A DNA stretch of 64,000 nt from Octopus sinensis (GCF_006345805.1 NC_043009.1:49972001-50036000), one strand, 5' to 3'. Positions 40,507 to 54,899 are shown, counted from the stretch's first letter. A program made the numbers and translations. Notes: generated from the letters alone by a model not told the origin.

Positions 40507-40550
<44 letters not shown>

Positions 40551-41049
40551 TAATAGATATGTGTGAGTGTATGTGAATATATGTGAATTATGTATGTAAC
40601 ACACATACATAAATATGTACGCACATACATACATACATAGCTGCATATTACATATACACATGTACATACATACACATACATATAATAAAAAAGAAAAAAA
40701 ATTAAAACAGTCACTCCATGAAAGAGCTGATCTGAGCTAAGAAGGAGTGGTATGGGATTTCTCCAGCTGTAAGCCCCCACTGCTTGGTCGTGGGATAAGC
40801 CAGCCAATATAGTATTACATGGAGAATAAAACCTAATTACTAGTGTAAACAGAAGACAGTAAAAGCAAGCAGTGGACTTAATATATCTTGGTCCAGTCAC
40901 TAACCAGGCAAATGAAACACTATATAGTAAGGGAACCAAGCATCAACGATGCCACAACCAACCACAGAGACCTCCCTCCTTGTTAACACCCGCCATACAA
41001 TGCTCTGCCATGTCCAATAAACTAATGCGTATGAGGAATTGAATGTACA

Positions 41050-41650
41050 ATTGTGTGTATGTGTGTGTGTGTCTGTGTGTATGTATTAATACACTGTGTA
41101 CATATTATTCATAGAGAAATGTATATTATTCATGAATGTGTATGTACAAGCCTGCGTGTATGTATACTGGTGTGTCTATGTAAACGTGCATATACTGGTG
41201 TATATGTACATGCGTGTGTGAGTGTACATATATACATATATATATGTATATACATATATATATGTGTATGTATATATATTTATGCATGTGTGTGTGTGTA
41301 CATATATGTGTGTATGTATATATGTATATATATTTATGTACATGTGTGTGTATGTAGGTATGTGTGTATATATATATGTGTATGTGTGTGTATGTAGGTA
41401 TGTGTGTATATATATATATGTGTATGTATATATATGCGTGTGTGTGTGTGTACATATAGGTGTGTATGTATATATGTATATATATATATATGTACATGTG
41501 TGTGTATGTAGGTATGTGTGTATATATATGTGTATGTATAGGAGAGTGTTGCTGTGTTTATATGTGCATGAAGTTGTGTGTGTGTATGTGTGTGTGTGTG
41601 TGTGTGTGTATGTGTGTGTGTGTGTGTTGTGTGTGTATACATGTATGTAA
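41050..41650. repeat. Compound (TG)n/(TA)n tract
   Basis: Low-complexity source of the ORFs at 41053-41949. Confidence 0.92.
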
Positions 41651-42543
41651 ATGCTAGCTTGCTGTGTTTGTCTGAGTGTGTACATATGTGTAAAAGGAGT
41701 GGACTTCAAACTCATCTTGAAAGCAAAATGAAAAAGGAAAATAATAAAATGTTAGACAAATATGATATGGGTATCCACACTATTTACATTCATTATTGTT
41801 TTTTATTGTTCTGTTTTTATGATTTGTTTCTAAATCTTTTATATATCGGTTATTTGTTGTTGCTATGGTTATTGTTGTTGTTGTTGTTACTGAAACATCA
41901 TCTCCACCATCACTATACAGACATCTCTAAAAGGTTAATTAAAAAATGAGGTAAAGACAGTGTGTGTGGGATGTAGGAACTGTCTCAGGAGAAACAAACA
42001 CAAGTGTGTTAGGAAAGGGGATAAAAATCCATTCCATTAAATACACACTCCCTAAGAAGGGACAACATTTTTGTGTTTCTACAAAAAAAAAAAATAAATA
42101 AATAAAAAAATATATATAGATATTAAAAAAAATAAACTGACAAAAATGTTATAAAATTGGTTGGCTGAAATAATGTTTCATTGAATGATTGTATCTAAAC
42201 TCCAAATCCATACATGTGCATGTGATTTGTGCATGAAAGTGTTTGAGTTTTTTATGAATGTATGTGTGCGACAGATTTATAGCCATCATAATTTTAACAT
42301 TGCGGATTTCCTGCACGGGATGGATTTACAATGGGTTTGGATTAGCTAAGTCTAGTGTTCCAAGTTTGATCAAACTATTTCAGATTTCAGATTTTCTTTG
42401 GTATACCACAATCTACGAGCATGTTTTCAACCACTTTCAATTTTGACAAAAGCTTGTATTACCCAGGATGCATTATCCATTTAAATCACATGTGTCCCCC
42501 ATATCCATAGATATCATCTGGATATCCTATCCATGATCTTTAA

Positions 42544-42645
42544 CCCTTTAGTACTCAGATTACTCGTTCAAGTGTAAAACTTATTTATCCACATAGTTTT
42601 GAGTTAATCATGCATTATCTTGTAGCTTCAAAATTTCGACAATAT
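42544..42645 (-). mobile_element. Partial copy of the 33463 piggyBac-type MITE, truncated next to a SINE
   Basis: TTAACCCTTTAG..TTATCCACAT..TAATCATGCATTATCTTG.AGCT matches the reverse complement of 33590-33687. Confidence 0.7.
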
Positions 42646-42650
42646 ACAAT

Positions 42651-42868
42651 TTTTACTCTTTTACTTGTTTCAGTCATGTGTGTGGCCATGCTGGAGCACC
42701 GCCTTTAGTCAAGCAAATTGACCCCAGGACTTATTCTTTGTAAGCCTAGCACTTATTCTATCGGTCTCTTTTGCTGAACCGCTAAGTTACTGGGACGTAA
42801 ACACACCAGCATCGGTTGTCAAGCGATGTTTGGGGGACAAACACAGACACACACATATACACACACAT

Positions 42869-42910
<42 letters not shown>
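42651..42910 (-). mobile_element. SINE family A, 3' half
   Basis: TTTTACTCTTTTACTTGTTTCAGTC...GGGGGACAAACACAGACAC followed by the CA/TA tract. Confidence 0.9.
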
Positions 42911-43824
42911 TTAAACATAATAAATAACAATAGGGTAATAAGAAATTATTATTACCAGTGGCTTAGCACAAAAACGAATTAGTCATTAGACTATATATTA
43001 TTCACATAGAAATACACTTGGTGGTTTTGAGTTTTCTACTGCTCTTTCTAGCACAAGGCTTTCCTATTTGGAAGCCTCTTATTGTATTTATATATATATA
43101 TATATACGACAGGTTCCTTTCAGTTTCCTTTCAGAAGATCTAAGCAGTCCACAGCAGATCATAGCATTAGCCACTCCAACACAACAGAAGTTTTGATTGA
43201 AATACTACAGAAGCACCAGCTTCTAAACAATTCTTCACATCAGTTTTAACTATGTTTATATATCCAGATCTTTCAATCCAAGCCCACTCTTCAAAGCTGA
43301 AGTGTTCTTTTCTTGTCTACCAGTGTTGAATAACCAGTAAAAGTTTATTTAACTACATACACATTTTTAATTCCACACCTTGACTGCTAAGCCTGTGAAC
43401 ATATACTAAGGGGTCACTAAGTCAACAAATGCAATATTATATATAGATTTGTGCATACACACACACAGACACAGACACACACACATGCATGTATGCACAT
43501 ATACACACCCATACCTACACACAGAAATGCACACATATGCACTCAAAACTCCAAGAATTTCCCTATAGGTTATAATCTGACAGCAAAAATAAATATATGC
43601 TTCTTAAATATATTATACTTGATTTCAGCATAGATGCAGGTGTGGTTGTTTGTTTAAGAAGCTTGTTTTCCAAGCATGTGGTCTTAGGTTCCGTTTCACT
43701 GTGCAGCAACTCAGGCAAATATCTCATATATCTGATCAAAGCCTTGCAAGTTGATTTTGTAGAAGGAAACTGTAAAAAAATCTGCTGTGCATTTGTGTGT
43801 ATGTATTTGTGCACACCCTTGTCT

Positions 43825-44153
43825 TCCTCTTGACTCCGCCGGTTACGACGACGAGGGTCCCAGCTGATACGATCAACGGAACAGCTTGCTCGTGAAATTA
43901 ACGTGCAAATGGCTGAGCATTCCACAGACACGTGTACCCTTAATGTAGTTCTCGGGGATAATCAGCGTGACACAGAGAGTGACAAGGCTGACCCTTTGAA
44001 ATACAAGTACAACTCATTTTTGCCAGCTGAGTGGACTGGAGCAACGTGAAATAAAGTGTCTTGCTCAAGGACACAACGCGTCGCCGGGAATCGAACTCAC
44101 AACCTTACGATCATGATCCGAATGCCCTAACCACTAAGCCACGCGCCCTCACT
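43825..44153 (-). mobile_element. tRNA-derived SINE family C, short variant, with 13-bp TSD
   Basis: Head GAGGGCGCGTGGCTTAGTGGTTAGGGC..GAGTTCGATTCCCGG; GTGTCCTTGAGCAAGACACTT; 3' half shared with 32654; TSD CACACCCTTGTCT at 43812-43824 and 44154-44166. Confidence 0.92.
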
Positions 44154-44491
44154 CACACCCTTGTCTAGATGTCACACAATGGTTGTGATGATGCATCATC
44201 ATCATCATCATACAAGTAACGTTCTTCCTCTCCAGTCTTTCATGCTATGTCTAGCAAGAGAAAGTACCATACCATCTTACTTGGAAAAAGGTGAAGGTTA
44301 GCAGCAAAAAGGGAATTCAGCCTTACAAAATTTGTTACAACAAAGTCCCATCAAACCCATGCAAGCATAGAAAAGTGTATATGAAATGATGATGATGACA
44401 TACAAAGTATTTATTCATAACAACACTGTACGGGTTCTTCTGTGTTACACATACAATCTTGCATGCTTGCATGTGTGTGTGTAGATGTGTA

Positions 44492-44815
44492 CATCATCAT
44501 CATCATCATCGTTTAACGTCCGTTTTCCGCGCTAGCACGGGTTGGACGGTTTGACTAGGGTCTGGGAAGCCAGGGGCTGCACCAGGCTCCAGTCTGATCT
44601 GGCAGTGTTTCTACAGCTGGATGCCCTTCCTAACACCAACCACTCCGCGAGTGTAGTGGGTGCTTTTTACGTGCCACCGGCACAGGTGCCAGGGGAGTCT
44701 GGCATCGGCCACAATCGGTTAGTGCTTTTAATGTGCCACTGGCACAGAAGCCAGTCGAGGCGGCGCTGGCATCGGCCACGTTCGGATGGTGCTTTTTATG
44801 TGCCACCGGCACAGA
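44492..44815 (-). mobile_element. RTE-associated (GAT)n-tailed element, young copy with about 3 internal ~64 bp repeats
   Basis: CpG-rich; the GTGCTTTTTA(C/T)GTGCCACCGGCAC-type motif recurs near 44660, 44722 and 44788. Confidence 0.88.
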
Positions 44816-45378
44816 AATAATTTTGAAACATAGCAATGTCAAGCAAACAAAAATCTGAGATACTTCAAATTTTACATTCCAACTCAGTCACCAAGACAAA
44901 AATAAAGAATAAAAAACTCTGAGTAACGACACGAATGAAGCCACTGTTTCAAATCTCTCTCTCTCATGGTAACAATCATTGAACTAAGGCCATGCTGGAG
45001 GACCTCTTCGAAAAGTATAATTGATAACACTTACTGCATTGACTGTTAGGTAAGTTATTAAACTTTGAAGGATGAAAGCAAGCCTGAATGGGGCTTGAAT
45101 ACAGAACATTTTATGGGACAAAGCCAAATACGATAAAGAGCTTTGTCTGATACTTAACAGGTATAGGAACTGATGGATGAATAATTAAATAAGGGATTAA
45201 TTGCAAATAAAAATGTACAAGAGTTTGGTATGACAGACTGTGAAAGAAGTTGAATTTTGAGCTACAGAATATTAAGTTGATAGGCATTAGTGTGCGTGTG
45301 TGCATGAATACTGGAGCTACTATGAAAACAATGTATGTATAAGTGTTTAAGCTGCAGTATATAAGTTTGTGAATGTGT

Positions 45379-45426
<48 letters not shown>

Positions 45427-45465
45427 TATATATATATATTTATACATATATATATCTATACATAC

Positions 45466-45510
<45 letters not shown>

Positions 45511-46152
45511 CATACATGCATACACACACGTATATGGTGTATGTATATGTGTATTTGTGGGAGGGTGTATGTTTGTGTATGTGTGTTATATGAAGGTAGG
45601 TGGATGTTCGTGAGAGACTTGTGGCCCACATGTGGGTTATGTGTTTGTGTGAATAAATGTATAAAATTAACTGGCATTTAATTAAAAACTAATCACGTAA
45701 ATGCTTCAGAAGGTTTTAAAAGACTTTCAAATAAGTGTGTGTCAAAAGTAGGTAGATAATTAAAAACAAAAAACAAAAATCAGCTTTCCAAGAGGTGGAG
45801 TGGAGCTATTAAAGAGATGCTTGGATAGATTCTTCATTACTGTCAGTTAGATATATAACACAAGTTCTACAAACATCTGGTTAGATTTTATTTGATTATA
45901 TAAGCATTGTCCCTTCCTAGTTAAAAGGATAGTTTTTCTCACTGTGTCTTGAGAGACAGAAAATAAATATTTGTTTTCATTTCTTTTCTTATTTATTCTA
46001 AAGCATTTATCATTTTTTTTTTCATCTTCCTCCAAATAGACATTTAACTTAAGCTTAACTTGCAAGAATGAAACTTATGAACGAGATTCACAAGGATAAT
46101 TTGAAATATTACTCATCATAATGACATTATATATGAGAAAAATTTAAAGCAA

Positions 46153-46515
46153 GTGCAGGCATAGCTTTATGGTTAAGAAGCTCGGCTTGCAACTACATGG
46201 TTTCAGGTTCAGTCCCACTTGGTTCAAGTGTCTTCTACTATTGCTAAAGACCAACCAATGCCTTGCAAGGAAATTTGGTAGCTAGAAACTGCATGGAAGC
46301 CTACCATTTATGTATACGTGTGTGTGTCTTTGCGTTTGTCTCCCCCACAACCGCCACCACCACCACTTGACAACCAATTTGTTTATGTTATTGAAGCTTA
46401 GCCACTTGTCAAAAGAGGTTGATAAGATAAGTACCAGACTTAAAAATAAAGTACTGGGGTTGATTCATTTGGTACCCCAGCATGGCCACAGTCCAATGAG
46501 TGTTACAAGTAAGAT
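46153..46515 (+). mobile_element. Old SINE family A-related copy
   Basis: GGTTCAGTCCCACTTGGTTCAAGTGTCTTCTACTATTGC...GATAAGATAAGTACCAG...CCCAGCATGGCCACAGTCCAATGA. Confidence 0.7.
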
Positions 46516-48462
46516 CTAAAAAAAAATAAATAGACAAGGCTGTGGTATGTAAACAAATGGGACAGCACATTACATTCTTTGCAATTCAAACAGTGATTTG
46601 TTGAAGTTCTTTTTGTCAGTAGAACAATTGCAGGTTCTCATCCTCTGAAGAGTGGCCAGTCAGATATGAAACTTATCATTCTTCTCTTTACGAAAATATT
46701 AACAAAATGTATTGTTTACTCTCTGCAGTGTAAGCAATACAAGCTGTGGCCTAACTACATTAAATTTATATTTGATTTCTTCGTACACACTATTTGTGCA
46801 TAAAAGATAGTCCGTCAGTCTTGGGTGGTGGTGAGAGATTTATGCATTTATGTTTTGAAGATGGACATAACTTTGAAGTTTTGCCAATTGAGGCTTTGCA
46901 AATTGTACAATAAAATCAAATATTAGTCATATATATCATTAAAGATGGAATAGATTGGTAGGGGAGACAGAGCTCAAATATCAGAAAAATAATGAAGAAT
47001 CAACAGTAAAGTTAAGCCCACCTGAAATCACCTCTAAACCTAATTACACAATACATTCTGTTTTAAAGTTTTCATATTTGAGTTAAGATCTCTCATCATA
47101 ATTTTAGATAAGAATTTGATAAGCTTTTAAATATAAACTTAATAATGAGAAATAAAATAATTTGGTGTTTAACTAAATCCTAATGAATTCTCAACTGTTT
47201 TCAAGATTAACTGAAAAACCTATATGGTGTGTTTCATGTGAAGTATAGCCAAAATAGGGTTAAATATATGATCTAGGAAAGAAAATAAATCAGAAATGTG
47301 TTTAAATTAAATATGCTTTAAAAGGTGGGTGAAGTAATGTGAAAGTGGGAAGAAGGTTCAATATAGATGAACACAGAATGATTATTCTAATGAGTTATAC
47401 ATAATAAAATAGAGTTTGTTCGCTTGTATGTTCCTTTGTTTTTATGTCTGCTATTCAATGCCAGCATGCATTGGGCAAATATGTAATACTGAGGTATTGT
47501 TTTACTGCAAGATATTCTTCCTGTAGTTAAACCTTGCTTGCTTTTCAAGTAAGGGTCTTTCTTAATGTATTTTTCTTGCCTTTGAACATACAGAACCTGA
47601 AGACAAGTGTTCCACAAGCAATGTCAACATTCACATAAGAGCATACACACATAAGCACACCTCCTTCTCTCACATAGACATATACACACATACATATGCA
47701 CACACAATGGTCTTCCATAAAGTTTCTGTCATCTAATTCCACTTATAAAGGATTGACTGGCTTGAGGCTGCAATAGAAAACATTTACCCAAAGTGCCATT
47801 TTGCAAGATAGGATTTGAGACTCATATGATCACAAAGTAAATTTTGTATCCACACAGCCATGCATGCAGCTAATTATATTTATATTCATCATTGCATCAA
47901 GTCGTAAATTATAAAACAAGGTATTTTTATTTAAAAACACTCTGTTTCATATCTAATATGTAACTTATTATAATAATACTTCTAAATCCATTCACAGTAA
48001 TTTCTACCCAAACCATACAACTTCAATTACTTTCATTATGGATTTAAACACATTCTTAATCTCCATCCATGGAGCATATATTTAACAAAACTTCATTTTT
48101 GTCAATATTGCTGGTTCAGCATTATTTTTCTGACACTAAATTTCATCTCCTCCATCAACCACTTCCATCCTTAATCCTATAATTAGCATTCAATTTTTTT
48201 GTACAGTTTGAAAAAAAAAAACAACAACAACCAAGGAAACTTCAAAATCACAGCTAAATTTCAAAAAGTAAATATTTAACATATTTCATTCAACTCAAAA
48301 TACTGAGTCTTTTTCTTGTTTAATATATTTTACATATCTAACTAAAATATCTATATCAATATGCAATGAGAATAATTGCTTAACTACATATGAAAGCAAT
48401 TATGACCCTTATATCTTCTGGTACATATATATATATGTGTGTGTGTGTGGTGTGTGTGTATA

Positions 48463-48541
<79 letters not shown>

Positions 48542-48544
<3 letters not shown>

Positions 48545-48920
48545 GAGTTGCAATGGTCCAGAGGTTAGGGTATCGGATTTGCAGTTGTAGGATCATGGTT
48601 TCAATCCACAGACCGGGCGTTGTGAGTGTTTATTGAGCAAAAACACCTAAAGCTCCATGAGGCTCCAGCAGGGGGTGGTGGCGAACCCTGCTGTACTCTT
48701 TCAGCACAACTTTCTCTCACTCTTTCTTCCTGTTTCTGTTGTACCTGTATTTCAAAGGGCCAGCCTTGTCACACTCTGTGTCAGCCTGAATCTACCTGAG
48801 AATTACGTTAAGGTGTACACGTGCCTGTGGAATGCTCAGCCATTTGCATGTTAATTTCATGAGCATGCTGTTCCGTTGATCAGATCAACTGGAACCCTCA
48901 TCGTTGTAACCGACGGAGTG
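48542..48920 (+). mobile_element. SINE family C, long variant
   Basis: Colinear with the reverse complement of 32654-33041. Confidence 0.9.
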
Positions 48921-49787
48921 GCACAATATATAGCAAGAAACTCAAAAGAGGGCAGCAGTGTTGAATTCCCTCCTTCACCAAAAGCCAATTACATGAGAAT
49001 GGCAATTGAAAAGCGATTACACTGGCAATGTGTAAAAGAATATATATATATGATGCATAACATATATGTTATGTATATACATACATACACACACACACAC
49101 ATATATATTTATACGTATGTGTATATATATAAATATATATATATATACATATGTGTATATAAATTTATATATATATGTATGTATATATGTATACATACAC
49201 ACACAGATAGAGATACATGTGTGTGTATATATATATAAGTATGTATGTATGTATGTACACAAAGAAGCTAAAGACACAGACTTTGGTGTGTGTAGCTTCC
49301 TTATATACTTGATACCACTTTATTCTTGTACGTGAATACATTAATGCCATTGCTACATATCCGACCCTATAAGACAACACAGACTTTACCATTATTTCTA
49401 TGGAACTTCCATATATTTGAAATATGACCATCAAAATGCATATCTGATCTACATCATTTTATAAATATTGTGGTAACTAAATCAAACAAACATTGTTATA
49501 CACAACATAATCAGAGAACGGATTACCATCTACACTACTACTTTAGATTCAATTCCACACTGACACCATATGCAGATAAATATAGACACAAAGAACCATG
49601 TATAGATTAGATTCTACATATAATGACACATGCATGATTTTGTTTGTTTTTGTTTTTAGCATCTTGTTTTGTTTTGTTTTTTTTTGTATTAGATGTAATC
49701 GCATGCATACATATCTGTACTTTACACTTACTGATATACGTATAAAAATACTCTTATAGATATGCACAAGTGTTCATACACACATAT

Positions 49788-49828
<41 letters not shown>

Positions 49829-49897
49829 CAAACATACCATGTATATACATACACACACAGATACATATATGCATATTCATACACACACATACATAGA

Positions 49898-49954
<57 letters not shown>

Positions 49955-50892
49955 ATGCACACACCACATATATAGATAAATGCAGATATATATACAAAAC
50001 ATTTCAGAGAAGACATTTATTCTTATTATTATATTCTTATTATTATTATTATTATTGGAGTTGTTTTGTTGCTCTTGTTGTTATCCTCGTCATTATTATT
50101 TACAAGCTTTTTTCTTTTAATTTTCTGCACTAGTGAACAGAAGCGACATTAATGTGAAAAAAAAAAAAAAGAGGACGAAAGAAAAGAAAAAAATAGCACC
50201 ATCAACAAAAACAAACCCATATCGTCAGAAAGAAGCCAACGAAAGAAAGAACCACGTATTGTGGTGTAAGTACTGATGCTGTCGATGTTGGTGGGTCATC
50301 TTTAAAAAAAAAGTCTTAACAACAAGACAACCAGAACGACTGAAGCTAACTATGAAGCGAGCTAAGACATAAGTGATTCCTTATGATGACTAATTAAAAC
50401 AACGAGATTGAATCTCATAAAGAAAAAAAAACCCACAAAAAGGAAAGCAAAAAAAAAAACTAAATAAAAGACTTCGCCAACCCTTTCCCTCACACTGTTA
50501 TATTAAATATAAATGATGAAGATGTTGGAATTTAAGTACAGGGGGAGAGTTGATGGATATAGTAGTGGAAGTAATATTACAGAAAGTACAGCATTGGCAA
50601 AGATGGTAGAGCATCTGATAAAGTGTCTTCTGGAATTTAGTGATGGTGCTTTACATTCTAAGTTCAAATTCCACTGAGATAGACCTTGCTTTTTATCCTC
50701 TTTGGGTCAGTAAAGTAAGTACCAAGCGCTAGAAGTCAATACATAACGACAGCAGGTTGATGTATCTTAGTTGCATATTATGGTAGGGCCTAGCAGGCAG
50801 TGCACTAATGGGGAGTCAGCAAATGACATACACCAACAAAGGTTTACAGGTATTACATCCAAATGGTAGTGCATCATAAATGCTTCTTGGTA

Positions 50893-51170
50893 TCATAATC
50901 AGCATCCTTTGATGTCTGTTTTCCATGCTGGCTTGAGTTGGACAGTTTGACCAGAGCTGGCAAGCTGGAAAGCTACATACATTTACAGTCCGATTTGGCT
51001 TGTTTTCTATGACTGGATGCCATTCCTAGAGCCAACCATTCCAAAGAGTGTGCTGGATGCATTTTATGTGGCACCAGCATGGTTGCTTTTACATGGTGCT
51101 GGTACAGATGCTTTTTACATGGCCCCAGCACAGGTGCTTTTTACGTGGTACTGACACGAGGCTCTTGCAG
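50893..51170 (-). mobile_element. Old RTE-associated (GAT)n-tailed element
   Basis: GATGTCTGTTTTCCATGCTGGC..GTTGGACAGTTTGAC..GGATGCCATTCCTAGAGCCAACCA and decayed GCTTTT(T)AC.TGG repeats. Confidence 0.65.
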
Positions 51171-52800
51171 GACAAACCTCTTCACAGAAAGAATGGCATC
51201 ATGCTATCAGAAAAAAGTAATGATGATGATAATGATGATAAAGTTGAAATGGGGTAAAAATAATTTTCTAGAGCAAGTCTCCACATGGGCATTCAAATCA
51301 ACAGAAATAGCAGAAAAATCTTGCATATACCCTACCCAAATTCATAAAAAGGATAGGACACATCAGATAATACAGTCCTAGCTAACTCTAAAAAAAGAGA
51401 TGATAATCTTGGCTGAAATGCCTTTAACCATAGGTCTGTATGAACAGAACTGGCCTAGATCTAAACAACAAACTCGGAAATGATATCCATATCTTCACAC
51501 ATACACATGTAAATACACACCTACATCAGCTCAGCAAATAGCTACCCCATATGTGTGTGTGTGTGCAGCAGACTTCTTTAGGTTAGTTGTGGGATATTAA
51601 AAAAAAAGGGTTAATGGGCCAAGTAGCATTAATGGATTCAGGAGGGTTGCTGGGGCTGAGAAAGACTGTTGAATTCAGTAATGTTAGTGTGCTAAGTAAG
51701 GCTTCTATATTAAGTAGTGTCCCTGAAATTATAAGGCTAGTGTGCATTTCTGGACTAAATTTGGTTGCCAATATTTGGCCCCAAGTGACGTCCAGAAAAC
51801 AATGATAACCCTCCTTATTCTCTCCACCATCAACATGGATTTAAAACCTTCATCCCTCCATATAGCTGTGCTGATAATACATGTATAATATAATCCCTTT
51901 TAGTTATATAAGTAGCACATTTAGAAGATGCCATATCACACATGTATTGTACCTCTGTTAATATGTCCCCTGACATATCGGTTTCCATATTCAGCTTTTG
52001 AATCCACTGAAATGGTAGAGTGGTTAGAGTGTTGGATAAAATACTATAATATATTTGTTCTGGCTCTCTGTACTCTATGTTCAATGCCTGCCAGAGTCAA
52101 CTTTGCCTTAGTCCACTACTGAAGTCAATTCTCCCTTTCTTCCTTTATCTCTTTCTCTCTCACTCTGAATTTGACTGTGATTTTCACCTGGTGAAAGAAA
52201 TGGACTCTGCCAAGTTTAAAAACACCACATGACATGCCATATGTCACAATGGTTCCACCAAAAGTCGAGGTCATAAAGCAAGTAACTTAATTTCACCCTT
52301 GTTTTTTGCATTGCTTTGTTTTCTTTTTCATGGTATACCTCAAACTTATGAATGTCACGTGTATTCCCAAACCCTGGTTTTAGTTTATTTAGCACCTCCA
52401 TAGAAAGCTTTCATAGAAGAGGATCTCACAAGTCATTAATCCACACTGAAGTCTTACTACCCATTGGATTACACAAAGCAAAATTCTGACAAAAGCTTTT
52501 GCTAAGGTGAACAAATGCAAGATAGAAGGTTTAAGGTTTCTTCCCCACCCTACACCATTGTAAAGGTATTTCTCTTCCAAACGTCTGACTTACACAAGTA
52601 GTCAACAACAACAATAACAATAATAGTGGCTTCTCTCTTATATGGAGATGATTTATGTGGGTGTGATATGGGAGTTGTTATGAGATTTATGTCTTTACCA
52701 AAAGCATTAAGCAACAGTAAGCGATGTGAAATGGTTCCACTCGGGAGTTTGGCAGTAGATTTTGGTTCACTCACCTTAATATAAAGAAGCGATTTTGTTT

Positions 52801-52809
52801 TATATATAC

Positions 52810-52886
<77 letters not shown>

Positions 52887-52945
52887 ACATATATATACAT
52901 ATACATATACATATACATATATAATACATATATATATACATATAC

Positions 52946-52984
<39 letters not shown>

Positions 52985-53050
52985 CTATATACATATATAT
53001 ATAATATATATATATATATATACATATATACATATATATATTATATACAT

Positions 53051-53086
<36 letters not shown>

Positions 53087-53214
53087 ATACATATATATAT
53101 ATATATCTATATATATATATATATTACATATATACATATATATATATATATCTATATATATATAATATATACATATATACATATATATACATATACATAT
53201 ATATATATATATAT

Positions 53215-53273
<59 letters not shown>

Positions 53274-53276
53274 TAC

Positions 53277-53339
<63 letters not shown>

Positions 53340-53368
53340 CATATATATATATATATATATTTATATAT
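52801..53368. repeat. Very long imperfect (TA)n/(TACA)n tract (about 570 bp)
   Basis: Almost exclusively T/A with periodic C. Confidence 0.95.
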
Positions 53369-53924
53369 TTACTGGAGTGGGTATAGTTTAAGGTATTGAC
53401 CCAAGAATATTACCAATCACACTACACTATGCCACACTGACAGAATAGGATGAGGCTGAGTACAGGGAAGAACTGGAGTACTTTACATTAAGAATAGATA
53501 TGTTATAAAGGAGGAGGGGAGATTTATAGAGGGGGTGGGGAGAAAAATGAATGGAATAAAGTCAGAAAAATAACGAGAAATTGAGAGAAAGAGACTACTG
53601 TGTGAGTGTGTATGAGAGAGAGAGAGAGAAAGTGTGATAAAGAAATTGAAAGAAAGTGTGACTAGAAAAGGAGAGAAACAGTGAAGAAACAGAGTGAAAA
53701 GGAAGACAAAGAAGCATGATGAGGGTGATGGTGGGGGTGCAATATGAAGAAAGAGAAAAAGAGAAAAGAGAAAAAGAGGAAAGAGAAAAAGAGGAAAGAG
53801 AAAAAGATTAAGAGCAGAGGAAGAGAAAGTGAAAGTGAAGAGGAAGAAGAAATAGTAAAGACAAAGGGTGGGAAGAAGTAGAAAGAATTAAGGGATGGAC
53901 AGAGATAGAAATGTACATAGATAT

Positions 53925-54017
53925 AGATAGATATACAGCTAGATGGATAGATATACAGATAGATATATACAGATGGATAGCTGGATAGATAGATAGAGAG
54001 AGAGAGATAGATAGCTG

Positions 54018-54056
<39 letters not shown>

Positions 54057-54130
54057 GGATAGAGAGAGAGATGGATAGATAGATAGATAGATAGATAGAT
54101 GGATAGAGAGAGAGATGGATAGAGAGAGAG

Positions 54131-54190
<60 letters not shown>

Positions 54191-54238
54191 GGACAGAGAG
54201 AGAGATGGATAGATAAATAGATAGATAGATAGATAGAT

Positions 54239-54326
<88 letters not shown>

Positions 54327-54330
54327 ATGA
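53925..54330. repeat. Compound (GATA)n/(GA)n/(GGAT) tract
   Basis: Repeated GATAGATAGATGGATAGAGAGAGA blocks; gives the LSIY ORF. Confidence 0.95.
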
Positions 54331-54424
54331 ATCAAAGAGAGAAGCAAAGAGAGAAAAGATATGTATAAAGAAAGGAGGTTAGATAGACGGTGGGATATAT
54401 GTCAGGAGTGAGAGACATTGAGAG

Positions 54425-54463
<39 letters not shown>

Positions 54464-54665
54464 GAGATGGAATGGAATCAGATGAAGAAATGGAGGAGAG
54501 GAAGGTAATAACAGAAAAAGAGGGAAAAAGATTCAGAAACAAAGTAAGAATCACTCAGAGAGAAAGAGAAAGATAGATTGGAGGAATACGAAAGATATTA
54601 AGGGGGGGGGGGAGAAAGAAAGGAACGTTAGACAGATAGTGAGAAAAAGACAGATATGATGATAG

Positions 54666-54703
<38 letters not shown>

Positions 54704-54899
54704 AGATAGAGGTAATGGAAAATGAGGATAGAAACTGTGGTAGGTAAAGGAGATTTGGAATACAGTAGCAAAAACAGAGATTTGAGAAAATATAGAATCA
54801 ATAAAATATGACTGTACGCACGCACACACACACATAGACAACCTATATATGTCTATGTGTATGCGTGAATGCACACGTGTATGTGTGTGTACATATATT

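Noticed and set aside
44080-44153. tRNA-like sequence with A and B boxes (also 15768, 18828, 33041, 63007)
   Set aside because: SINE heads continuing into SINE bodies, without a complete acceptor stem; not tRNA genes.
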